Shown in pieces: positions 49,828 to 59,072 of a DNA stretch of 64,000 nt (the stretch's first letter is position 1; every line of letters begins with the position of its first letter). The DNA is from Candidatus Anstonellales archaeon (lineage in GTDB: Archaea > Micrarchaeota > Micrarchaeia > Anstonellales > J096): positions 1-64,000 of the forward strand of contig JAWACY010000002.1 of assembly GCA_038896535.1 (NCBI GenBank), given 5' to 3'. The notes below the pieces were generated by a model that searched no databases, was not told the origin of the DNA, and saw only the letters and a program-made list of their open reading frames with translations. The position numbers and the translations under genes are program-made.

Positions 49828-50292
49828 TTAACCCAATGTTTTCAAGAAATTTAAAACTTCTTTTGCATGGCCTTTTGGATTGACATTGCTCCATTCTTTT
49901 ATTATTTTTCCCTCACTTATTAAAAACGTTTTTCTCATTATGCCCTTAAATACTCTTCCCATAAAAGATTTTTCTCCAAAAGCATTATATGCCTTTATTA
50001 CATCCATATTCTCATCACTCAAAAGCGTTATACCCAAATTATGGCCAATTATAAAATTCTCATGGCTTTTGCATGAATCAGCAGATATGCCAATAATAAA
50101 GGCATTCATGCCCTCAAATTCTTTTTTTAATGATGTAAATTCAATAGCCTCTGTTGTACAGCCTGGCGTGTTATCCTTTGGATAAAAATAAAGAACAATG
50201 TATTTATATTTTTTCATTAACTCCTTAAGGCAATGCTCTTTCCCATATGCATCTTTTAAACAAAAATCAACAGCTTTTTTTAGTGCTGGCAT
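49828..50292 (-). CDS. bcp: Peroxiredoxin Bcp/PrxQ
   Basis: YFYPKDNTPGCTTEA, GISAD, RKTFLI. Confidence 0.93.
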   Translation of the reverse strand: MPALKKAVDFCLKDAYGKEHCLKELMKKYKYIVLYFYPKDNTPGCTTEAIEFTSLKKEFEGMNAFIIGISADSCKSHENFIIGHNLGITLLSDENMDVIKAYNAFGEKSFMGRVFKGIMRKTFLISEGKIIKEWSNVNPKGHAKEVLNFLKTLG

Positions 50293-50343
50293 ATTTATAA
50301 AATAATAGCAAAGAATATAAATTTAATTCATTCAAAATCTTTC

Positions 50344-51477
50344 TTGCATTTTGTTGGTGGTATTATGGAATTAAAAGAAGAGGCATTAAATATACATAAG
50401 AAGCTTAAAGGAAAGATAGAGATAAAAACAAAGGCAAACATGAAAACACAGGAAATGCTGAAACTTCTTTATACTCCTGGCGTTGCTGAAATAAGCAAAG
50501 AAATAATGAAAAATAAAGATAGCATATATGATTATACTTGGAAGAGCAGTGTAATAGCAATATTGAGCAATGGAACAAGATTGCTTGGATTGGGCAATGC
50601 AGGGCCTTATGCAGCATTGCCAGTTATGGAAGGAAAAGCAGCTTTATTCAAATCATATGCTAATGTTGATGCAGTGCCATTGTGCGTTGATTTATATTCT
50701 TTAGAAGAGCTTGAAGCCTTTGCAAAGGCAATACAGCCATGTTTTGGGGGCATAAATTTGGAGGACATACAAACAGACATTGCATTTTTCTTATATGAAA
50801 GGCTTTCTAATGAACTTGATATCCCAGTGTTCCATGATGACAGGCATGGCACTGGCATTGTTGTTTTAGCAGCATTAATAAATGCATTTAAATTGACAAA
50901 TAAGGGAAAAGAGGCAAAAATAACAATATATGGAGCAGGCTCAGCTGCGCTTGGAATAGCAGAAATATTAAATGCATATGGAATGAAAAATCTTGTAATA
51001 TATGATTCAAAAGGCCAGATAACAGAAAAAAGGCAAGACATAAAAGGCACATATAAAGAAGTGTTTCTCCAATTAATAGGGGAAGAGGAAAATGAAAAGA
51101 GTGATGTATTAATAGCAACTTCAGGGCCAGGAAGCATTGATGAGAAAATGCTTAAAAACATGGCAAATGACCCAATAATATTTACTTTATCAAATCCAGA
51201 GCCAGACATTGCATATAATATAGCAAAAAAATATTCAAATATTGTTGCAACTGGAAGGAGCGATATGCCAAATCAGGTAAATAATGTGCTTGCATTCCCA
51301 GGATTTTTCAAAGCACTGCTAAAGTACAGAATAAAAAAAGTGAAAAAGGACATGCAAATAAAGGCAGCAGAGGCAATAGCAAAAAGCGTTAGCCATTTAT
51401 CTTATGATTCTATACTGCCAAGACCATTCGATAAAAATGTAATTAAAAATATATTAAAGGCTTTGAAAACATTCTAA
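50344..51477 (+). CDS. NAD(P)-dependent malic enzyme
   Basis: YTPGVA, LPVMEGKA, INLEDI, FHDDRHGT, GAGSAA, LSNPEP, NQVNNVLAFPG; likely start 50365. Confidence 0.93.
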   Translation: MHFVGGIMELKEEALNIHKKLKGKIEIKTKANMKTQEMLKLLYTPGVAEISKEIMKNKDSIYDYTWKSSVIAILSNGTRLLGLGNAGPYAALPVMEGKAALFKSYANVDAVPLCVDLYSLEELEAFAKAIQPCFGGINLEDIQTDIAFFLYERLSNELDIPVFHDDRHGTGIVVLAALINAFKLTNKGKEAKITIYGAGSAALGIAEILNAYGMKNLVIYDSKGQITEKRQDIKGTYKEVFLQLIGEEENEKSDVLIATSGPGSIDEKMLKNMANDPIIFTLSNPEPDIAYNIAKKYSNIVATGRSDMPNQVNNVLAFPGFFKALLKYRIKKVKKDMQIKAAEAIAKSVSHLSYDSILPRPFDKNVIKNILKALKTF

Positions 51478-51867
51478 GACAGCATCGCAATCATTAAAAC
51501 ATATACTTTCAAGGCTGTGCGCCTTCAATATTCTCTTATATTTAATTTTATATGCTTTTATGCCTGCTTTTTCCTTTTCTTTTTTAATCTCTACTAAGGC
51601 ATAAGCAATAATATCTTTATTTATGTTCGGCATCCACAAACAACATGGAGCATTGAATAATATGCTTTCTTTATTTTCAGAAAACATATGGCCAATTAAT
51701 TTTGCAATTATTGTATCAGCAACTCTTATATTTGCCATTTTTCTACCATGCTTTTTGTAAATTATAATATTCTCTTTTTTCCATGGATAAAAAATGGCAA
51801 TTGGGTATAAAAATAAGAGAAGAAATTCAACTAATAGGCTTAACATTTTTATCAGATAAAAATGCAT
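51454..51867 (-). CDS. DUF192-like membrane-anchored protein
   Basis: N-terminal TM; IRVADT..AKLIGHMF, LWM, AVLE. Confidence 0.65.
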   Translation of the reverse strand: MHFYLIKMLSLLVEFLLLFLYPIAIFYPWKKENIIIYKKHGRKMANIRVADTIIAKLIGHMFSENKESILFNAPCCLWMPNINKDIIAYALVEIKKEKEKAGIKAYKIKYKRILKAHSLESICFNDCDAVLECFQSL

Positions 51868-51878
51868 GTGCTTTTAAC

Positions 51879-54182
51879 CTATGTCTTTGCCTGTATCAAT
51901 GAAGTTTCCACCCTTTCCTTTGTTTCTTTGAATCTTGCTACTTCTTTATTAAGAAATTCAGCAAATTTTTCATTCCAGTCATTTTCTGCTTTTATGAAAT
52001 CTACAATGCCTTCCTTATCCTCATACTTTAGCATTATTCTATTTGCCAATGTATTAGCATTCAAAAAGAAATCAAGCTGTAAAAGCTCTTCTATGCCAGT
52101 TTTTATACTTGCATTATATATGTCATAGAAAACCTTTCCTTTATAAAATGCTTGTAATATGTATTGCTCTGCTGGAATGCCGGTTTCTTCTGCCCTTCTC
52201 TCAAGCAATGGAGGCAGGAACTTTATTTTCAAGTTATCTTTAACGCTTTTTATGCTGAAATTGCTGAAATCCATTATTGAAGCCTCTTTATTATCTAAGA
52301 ATAAGCAATTTACTGTTGCCTCTTCTATGCTATAACCTCTTGAAAACTCAAAGATCTTTTTAAACTGCCTTTGTTTTCTGTCGCTTTCAAACTCATAGCC
52401 CAAAACCCTGTAAGTCCTGCCCCTTCTTCCATACTTTATCTTTTTAAGGAATGTATACCTATCAGTTGCGAACATGCTTGCTCCTGGAATGCCGAATACA
52501 AGCTCGAGCCTTTCCCTTATATCATCTAAGCTCTCTGCATGTAAGTTATAGAGCAGGAAAACCCCTGGCTGTGTATTCAATAAATTAATAATGCCCTGCA
52601 TTGCAACCCTGCTTCTAACTTCATTTATTATTAATGCTGCATCGCCCATTCTTAATAATGCGTTTGCCATTGTAACAAGATCAAGCTCAGGCCCAGTTCT
52701 AACTTCCTGTTCTGAAGGAGCAACCTTTGCTGCACCTATATGAAAGCCCCTTTTTCTATAAGCCCTTACTGGTATCTCCCATATATCCTGCACTGGTATT
52801 ATCCTTCTATTTGGCCCTATTGCTGTTATTTTCGCAGCAGTAAAGCTCGTTTTTCCTACTCCTTTTACTCCTAAAACAGCTTCACTTGCTCCTAATGTTA
52901 CAGCAACATCATCAAAACCAGCAAAAAATGGAGTCATGGATTTATAAAATAAATATTGAGCATATGTAAATGGCTCTTCTGCTAATAATCTTAAAGCGCC
53001 CTGCAATTCTCCAAATGTTGCTGGCGGCCTCTGCATATGTGCTCTTAATGCCAATCTTTTTACTACAACATCAACAACAGGGTTTTTCTCATCAAACCTG
53101 CTTCCTTTTTCGCTGAATACTGCATTCAAAAATGCCCTTTCTAAAAGCTCTATTGGATATCTATAAAGTGTATGCACAATACCAAAGTTCTTATGGTCTA
53201 AATATATCGGAGCATTTTCTGCATCTATGTAAATATCTGTTACATATTTCCTATCAAGGAATATGTCTTCTAAAGGCCCGCCCATGCCAACAACCCAATT
53301 TGTTGCTTCTCTTGCCATTACTAAAGCTTGCCTTGGTGTTAAGTCAATATTCCTCTGCAAAGATTGTTCCATAAACCACTGCTTATATTGGTTTATCTTT
53401 AAACTGTAAAGCACATTCAAATCTTTACCGACCATGCTTTCTCTTAATTCATTTGCAATCAACTCCTTCAGCAATATTTTAGCTTCATTACTTAAACTTT
53501 CCATTGTCTTATTCCTCATTACATAGTAATACATGTCCTTTTCTTCATCTTCATATATCTGCACTTCTATATCAAATGGTAGGGAATAATTTGCTTTTGG
53601 CCCCTGCAATGGCTTTGCAGTCTTTGGCAGATCCATTGTCAGCATATCTATGAAAAATATTATATTTAGCCCAAGCATTGACAGGAATGCAGTTCTTAAA
53701 TTACCTGTCTTTGATACAAGTTCATACATTTTAGTCGCTGTATATCTTTTCAATATGCCCTTTACCCAAGCAAGAAATGTCAGTTGCCCTTTTAGAAACA
53801 CACCCTTTGATGGTGGTGGCTCATTATACTCTTCAAGCAATCTGGCAGCACTTAAAGGTTGTGTATAAGCCAGATCTAAGAATTTTCTTAATAGCTCTAC
53901 TCTTTTAGCATATTCAGGATCAGCAGGATTGCCATATATCTCTTTTCTTAATCTTAATGCCTCAACATTAGCAAGCACTTTTGCATATTCAACAAGTTTT
54001 GCTGTATTCTCTTCAGATAGAGTAAAGCTTATTTCTTCTTCATATATAATTTTCCTCGGAGGCGTGTCTAAAGCAACAAGATTTCTTATATGGTAATCAA
54101 TAAATTCTGGCGTAGCAAAGCCGAATGAACATTTCCCCATATCAACAATGCCTATATCTCCTTCTAATCTTACATCACACAT
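51879..54182 (-). CDS. Divergent type II/IV secretion ATPase (TadA/FlaI/VirB11-like) with long N-terminal extension
   Basis: DIYID, RFDEKNP, GVKGVGKTS, QDIWEI, LRM...IINEVR, LHAES. Confidence 0.8.
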   Translation of the reverse strand: MCDVRLEGDIGIVDMGKCSFGFATPEFIDYHIRNLVALDTPPRKIIYEEEISFTLSEENTAKLVEYAKVLANVEALRLRKEIYGNPADPEYAKRVELLRKFLDLAYTQPLSAARLLEEYNEPPPSKGVFLKGQLTFLAWVKGILKRYTATKMYELVSKTGNLRTAFLSMLGLNIIFFIDMLTMDLPKTAKPLQGPKANYSLPFDIEVQIYEDEEKDMYYYVMRNKTMESLSNEAKILLKELIANELRESMVGKDLNVLYSLKINQYKQWFMEQSLQRNIDLTPRQALVMAREATNWVVGMGGPLEDIFLDRKYVTDIYIDAENAPIYLDHKNFGIVHTLYRYPIELLERAFLNAVFSEKGSRFDEKNPVVDVVVKRLALRAHMQRPPATFGELQGALRLLAEEPFTYAQYLFYKSMTPFFAGFDDVAVTLGASEAVLGVKGVGKTSFTAAKITAIGPNRRIIPVQDIWEIPVRAYRKRGFHIGAAKVAPSEQEVRTGPELDLVTMANALLRMGDAALIINEVRSRVAMQGIINLLNTQPGVFLLYNLHAESLDDIRERLELVFGIPGASMFATDRYTFLKKIKYGRRGRTYRVLGYEFESDRKQRQFKKIFEFSRGYSIEEATVNCLFLDNKEASIMDFSNFSIKSVKDNLKIKFLPPLLERRAEETGIPAEQYILQAFYKGKVFYDIYNASIKTGIEELLQLDFFLNANTLANRIMLKYEDKEGIVDFIKAENDWNEKFAEFLNKEVARFKETKERVETSLIQAKT

Positions 54183-54738
54183 GGCCCAAACCCCTCAATA
54201 TATTTGTTGTTTTTATTATATCTGGTTTATATGCAACATTAATTTTTATTGATTTCGCATATGGCAGATGAAAAACAAGCTGGTCATAACCAAATGCAAT
54301 GATATCTGGCTTTATAAGATTCGCTGTTTCCAGTAAATTTTCAACTCCAGGAATTGCTAGGTCAACAAATTTCAAACAATTAACAAGCTCGACCCTTTCA
54401 TTTTGATTGTGGAATGGCACTCTCCCTTTTTGCTTTGCTATGTCATCTTTTGCTACAATAACAATAAGGACATCGCCAAGCTTTTTTGCTTCTTTTAATG
54501 TGAGTATATGCCCATAATGTATGACATCAAAAACGCCGCCAGTTGCTACTACTGTTATTTTTTTTCTTGCTGCTTCCTTTAACCAATATCTGCCTTTTAC
54601 AAGATTTAAATACTCATATGCCATTTCAGGTAGCTTTTCTTCTTTGCTTATACCCTTATTTTTTATTTGCATGATATAAAGCTTTTTTATTAGCTCTTTT
54701 TCATGCTTCTTTGCTTTTCCTTCATTATATGCAGGCAT
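54175..54738 (-). CDS. ribL: Cytidylyltransferase-family nucleotidyltransferase, probable archaeal FAD synthase
   Basis: GGVFDVIHYGH, EAKKLGD, IKPDIIAFGYDQ. Confidence 0.75.
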   Translation of the reverse strand: MPAYNEGKAKKHEKELIKKLYIMQIKNKGISKEEKLPEMAYEYLNLVKGRYWLKEAARKKITVVATGGVFDVIHYGHILTLKEAKKLGDVLIVIVAKDDIAKQKGRVPFHNQNERVELVNCLKFVDLAIPGVENLLETANLIKPDIIAFGYDQLVFHLPYAKSIKINVAYKPDIIKTTNILRGLGHV

Positions 54739-54884
54739 ATATTAGATTTGTCATTATTATTTAAGAATGTTTGCTTTTTTGTTCTTGTAATTTTTTATAG
54801 AACTAATTTAAACAATGTGCAAAAATAATGTGTGAAAACGTTAGTATTTTAAATATTTATTCTTATTAGCCTTAAGGTGATAAA

Positions 54885-55499
54885 ATGGCATTGTTTGATG
54901 AAAATGTTAGAGAGCAGGTTAGGGCCTTTTTAAATAGCATGGAATCAGATGTTTTAGTAGTTTTTCACAACAAAAGCAATGAATGTGATTTCTGTCCAGA
55001 TATTCAAGAACTTTTGAAAGAGCTAAATGAAATAAACAAAAAAATCAATTTCAAAGTTTTGGATGATAGCTATGAGTTAAAGCCTGCATTGGAGATAAGG
55101 GGTAAAAATAAAGGAAAAATTGTATATTATGGCATACCATCTGGTTATGAGTTCGGGCCTTTTTTGAGTGCTTTAGTAAATGCATCAACAGGAAATGCAA
55201 AGGCCATTGATGATGAAACAAAGGCAAAAATAAAAGAAATAGATAAAGAAGTAAATATAAAGATATTTGTTACACCATCTTGCATGTATTGCCCTGCAAT
55301 AGCCCTTGCCTCATATGCATTTTCAACAATAAATGATAATATAACAACAGAAATAATAGAGGCATCAGAATTTCCTGAATTGAGTAATAAATACAAAGTA
55401 AACGCAGTGCCAAAAGTAATAATAAATGATTCAGAACAATTTGTTGGTGCAGTTTCTCCAGATGTTTTTGTTGAGAGAATAATAAAAGCTATAGGTTAA
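54885..55499 (+). CDS. Protein disulfide oxidoreductase (two thioredoxin folds)
   Basis: CDFC and CMYC, GIPSGYEF, AVP. Confidence 0.9.
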   Translation: MALFDENVREQVRAFLNSMESDVLVVFHNKSNECDFCPDIQELLKELNEINKKINFKVLDDSYELKPALEIRGKNKGKIVYYGIPSGYEFGPFLSALVNASTGNAKAIDDETKAKIKEIDKEVNIKIFVTPSCMYCPAIALASYAFSTINDNITTEIIEASEFPELSNKYKVNAVPKVIINDSEQFVGAVSPDVFVERIIKAIG

Positions 55500-55514
55500 A
55501 GATAAAGGCTATAC

Positions 55515-55629
55515 GTTAAAGCCATTGTTATTATATCTGCCTTTATTGTATCTACGTTTTAGGATTTGCTGGAGGGGGCAGGAGATAAAGGTTAAAGGCA
55601 TTGTTATTATATCTGCCTTTATTGTATCT
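55515..55629. repeat. Intergenic 39-bp direct repeat (1 mismatch; 31-bp perfect core)
   Basis: CATTGTTATTATATCTGCCTTTATTGTATCT at 55523-55553 and 55599-55629. Confidence 0.9.
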
Positions 55630-55746
55630 GCCTATTTTATTTGACCATATTTTACCATCTTTATTTGGATAATTCATTTGGATAGTTTATTTGGATAATA
55701 TATATTTAGATAATATGATTTATTCACGATTATAGTTATTCAATAT

Positions 55747-56280
55747 TTATTCAGATGGTTCTGCATAGCCAGTTTTTATCAGAATCTCTGCTTCCTCTTC
55801 CTCTATTAATACAGTGCTGCCCTCTTCAAAAGGCCCATATGATTTTTTTGTCTCCTGATTTATGTAAAGCGGGACATATTTCTTTATTTTTATCTTTTTC
55901 TTTCCATCAATATTTACTTGCTCTTTTTTTTCTTTTAACATATAGACTTGCTCTTTAAATTCATTTATATTGCTTATTACCTTTTTGCATAATGCTTTTT
56001 CTATCTCAGTTAAATTTCCAAGGTCTGCTTGCTCGCTATATGCAAGGACAAGTATTTTTCTTATTCTCTCATCTAAAAGCCTTTCAAAAGTTGCTCTTGC
56101 ACTTGAATAATCGTTATAATATAAATCTGGTTGTTGTTTTGCTTTCTTTTCTAATTCAGTTAAAAATTCTAATGCATTTTTATAAAAGTTTTCATCAAGC
56201 TTTATTATTGCATTTCCGCTTTGCATTTCTTCCCTTAAAATGTCTCTTAATTTGCTAAACGTAAGCTTTTCATTTGCCAT
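55747..56280 (-). CDS. GINS complex subunit (Gins51-type)
   Basis: LDENFY, ERIRKIL, NLTEIE, C-terminal YGPFEEG..V.I....AEILI..G.AE B-domain. Confidence 0.82.
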   Translation of the reverse strand: MANEKLTFSKLRDILREEMQSGNAIIKLDENFYKNALEFLTELEKKAKQQPDLYYNDYSSARATFERLLDERIRKILVLAYSEQADLGNLTEIEKALCKKVISNINEFKEQVYMLKEKKEQVNIDGKKKIKIKKYVPLYINQETKKSYGPFEEGSTVLIEEEEAEILIKTGYAEPSE

Positions 56281-56398
56281 ATAGTTATTTGGAAAGATAT
56301 TAAAAATATGCTTTTCTTTGTGTTTTTCTTTATGTTTTTCTTTATACTTTTCCTTTTAATTTTCCTTTGTATTTCAGTTTTTTAACCTATTAACCCTA

Positions 56399-57643
56399 TT
56401 AATTTGACCTTTTTCTCAAGAATTTTTCCATTATATCAAAGCACATGTCAATCTTTTCCTTATCCGGCAAAAATACGCTTCTGAAATGGTTTTTTCCTGC
56501 AGGACCAAAACCGCTCCCATGAACAAATAATAATCCATGCGTCCTTAAAATAGAAAATACAAAGTCTTTATCATCCTTTACTACTTTGTTTTTTACAAGC
56601 GCACCAATATTCGGAAATATATAAAATGCGCCTCTTGGCCTTACATATGAAATGTCAGCTATTTCATCAAGCCTTTTCATAAAATAGTCCCTTCTTTTTC
56701 TTATTTCAAACATGAATTTTTGTTTAAATGGTTCTTTTTTCATCAAATATTGTGCTGCTCTTTGTATTGGGGCATTTGTATAAGCCCTCATTCTTGCTAT
56801 TTTTGCTACAGCATCTTTTATTTGTTCTGTTTTTTTATCAGGGTTTGCAATGTACATATACCCAAATCTCCATCCAGTGGCAAAATAGCATTTTGATATG
56901 CCATTAAAGCCAAAAACAGGCCAGTCTTTAACTATGCTGGCAAGAGAATAAAATTTCCCCTCTATGATATTATGATCATATATCTCATCTGCTATGAGCA
57001 TTAAATTTTTTTCTTTTGCTATCTTTGCTATTTCTATTAACACTTCTTTTGAATAAATACTGCCTGTAGGGTTATTTGGATTGACAATGACTATTGCTTT
57101 TGTTCTTTTATTTAATTTCCTTTTTATGTCTTCTAAATCAGGTTGCCATTCATTGCTCTCATCACATTTATAATAAACGACCTTTGCCCCAAAAAATCTT
57201 GGATAAGTAAAAAATATTGGATATGTTGGGTTTGGAACAAGTATCTCATCTCCTTTATCAAACAACGCAGCAGAAAAAATAAGAAAAACTTCTGATATGC
57301 CATTGCCTATTATTATATTCTCTGGGTCTATGCTTATGTTGTTATGCATCTTTTCCTTTTTTGCTATTGCCTCCCTTGTTTCATATTCCCCAACAGGATC
57401 TGCGTAATAGTTATGCCCTTCATAAACAGCTTTGCAAAGCCCTTTTTTTAACTCCTTTGGCACATCGAAGCCATTTTTTATTGGGTCTCCTACAGAAAAA
57501 TCAACTATCTTCTTATTCATTTTCTTTAATTTCTCTGCCTCAACAGCAACATCCCTAATAGCATATTCTGTATATTTCACTCTCTGTGCAATAAAGTTAT
57601 CAAAATTATTATTTTTAACAAGCATAAAAAGCATAGATACCAA
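56399..57643 (-). CDS. PLP-dependent aminotransferase class I/II (alanine/aspartate aminotransferase-like)
   Basis: VGDP, NPNNPTG, DEIY, GISK...GWRFG, GAFYIF. Confidence 0.9.
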   Translation of the reverse strand: MVSMLFMLVKNNNFDNFIAQRVKYTEYAIRDVAVEAEKLKKMNKKIVDFSVGDPIKNGFDVPKELKKGLCKAVYEGHNYYADPVGEYETREAIAKKEKMHNNISIDPENIIIGNGISEVFLIFSAALFDKGDEILVPNPTYPIFFTYPRFFGAKVVYYKCDESNEWQPDLEDIKRKLNKRTKAIVIVNPNNPTGSIYSKEVLIEIAKIAKEKNLMLIADEIYDHNIIEGKFYSLASIVKDWPVFGFNGISKCYFATGWRFGYMYIANPDKKTEQIKDAVAKIARMRAYTNAPIQRAAQYLMKKEPFKQKFMFEIRKRRDYFMKRLDEIADISYVRPRGAFYIFPNIGALVKNKVVKDDKDFVFSILRTHGLLFVHGSGFGPAGKNHFRSVFLPDKEKIDMCFDIMEKFLRKRSN

Positions 57644-57722
57644 ACATTTTTAAATGTTATTAAGCATATATTATATTAAACAAATAAGCTGATTAGAAGC
57701 TAATTATTTTTAGATTGGGATT

Positions 57723-58997
57723 ATGAATAATGAAGACATTACTTTTACTGCTTTTGGCGGAGCAAAAGAAATTGGAAGAAGTTGTTATATGCTTGAGAAA
57801 GACGGCAAAGCAATATTGTTAGATGCTGGCATAAAGGTTGTGAAAAATAATATATTAATGCCAGATATTGATAAAAATAATGAATTTGATAGCGTTATAT
57901 TAAGCCATGCACATACTGACCATGTTGGCATGCTACCATTAATAAAGTTTAATACTGCATATGCAACAAAGCCTACAAAGGAGTTATCAAAGCTTTTATG
58001 GGCTGACCAAAAAAAGTTGACTGGCTTGTTCGATAACAGGCTAATAAATGATGCTTATTCAAAAATAAAAGCAGTTGAATACAGAAAGCCATTTTCTTTA
58101 AATCATGTTTTTAAAGCAGAATTTTTTGAAGCAGGCCATATATTAGGCAGTGCAATGACATTAATAAATGATAAAATATTATATACTGGGGATTTCAATA
58201 CAAGCGCTTCTAGGATATTAAATCCAGCATTGCCTGTAAAAGCAGATGTCATTATTTTAGAAGGAACTTATTTGGGAGGGGAAAATAAATTTTTACCAAA
58301 AAAAGAGCTTATAAAACAGTTTTCATCAATTGTTAATAACGTGCTTAATAGAAATGGCTGTATTATAATTCCATGCTTTGCTATAGGAAGGGCACAAGAA
58401 ATATTGATAACACTAGAAGCTTTAATAAGGAGTGGAATTATAAAAAAAGTGCCGATATACATAGATGGCATGATAAAAAAGGCTATGAAAATATACAGGC
58501 AAAATGTTATTTATGCAAGAGAGGAAATAAAAATGCGTATATTAGCAAGCCTTGATGACCCATTCATGAATCCATTATTCAAAGTTTCAAGGCATAAAAA
58601 GAGGGCTGATATAAAAAAGCCTTGCATAATAGTAAGTACCTCTGGAATGCTTAATGGTGGGCCAATATTCCATTATTTAAATTTATTAGCAAACGATGAT
58701 AAAAATATGATCTTATTTGTTGGTTATCAAGCAGAGGGTAGCAAAGGGGCTGAAATAATAAACGGAAAAAGATTAATAGAGACAGATTATGGGGAAATAC
58801 ATATAAATGCTGAAGTTCAACAAATAAGGTTTCCTGGACATGCGCAACATGATGAGCTAATAAGATTTGTAAGAACAATAAAGCCAAAGAAAGCAATCTT
58901 TGTGCATTGTGAAAGAAATATTGAAAGCTTATTATCGAGTGAATTAAAGGACATTGAATTTATAATACCATCAATAAATGAAAATATCAAGTTATGA
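57723..58997 (+). CDS. beta-CASP MBL ribonuclease (aCPSF2-like, no KH domains)
   Basis: GGAKEIGRSC, SHAHTDH, AGHILGS, YTGD, FAIGRAQE, SGML.GG, GHA. Confidence 0.9.
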   Translation: MNNEDITFTAFGGAKEIGRSCYMLEKDGKAILLDAGIKVVKNNILMPDIDKNNEFDSVILSHAHTDHVGMLPLIKFNTAYATKPTKELSKLLWADQKKLTGLFDNRLINDAYSKIKAVEYRKPFSLNHVFKAEFFEAGHILGSAMTLINDKILYTGDFNTSASRILNPALPVKADVIILEGTYLGGENKFLPKKELIKQFSSIVNNVLNRNGCIIIPCFAIGRAQEILITLEALIRSGIIKKVPIYIDGMIKKAMKIYRQNVIYAREEIKMRILASLDDPFMNPLFKVSRHKKRADIKKPCIIVSTSGMLNGGPIFHYLNLLANDDKNMILFVGYQAEGSKGAEIINGKRLIETDYGEIHINAEVQQIRFPGHAQHDELIRFVRTIKPKKAIFVHCERNIESLLSSELKDIEFIIPSINENIKL

Positions 58998-59072
58998 TGA
59001 TATTAGCTGATATTAATTTATGTTAGTATTATGTTATGTTTTTATTATTATATTGATATTGTCATATTCATA

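Noticed and set aside
55500..55746. Possible replication origin next to GINS (repeats, G-string, AT-rich)
   Set aside because: No ORB consensus and no cdc6/orc1 gene; fits the general duplication pattern
58994..59010. ATGATGA-TATTAG-CTGA resembling C and D boxes
   Set aside because: Only 6 nt between boxes, no second box pair, overlaps a stop codon in low-complexity DNA
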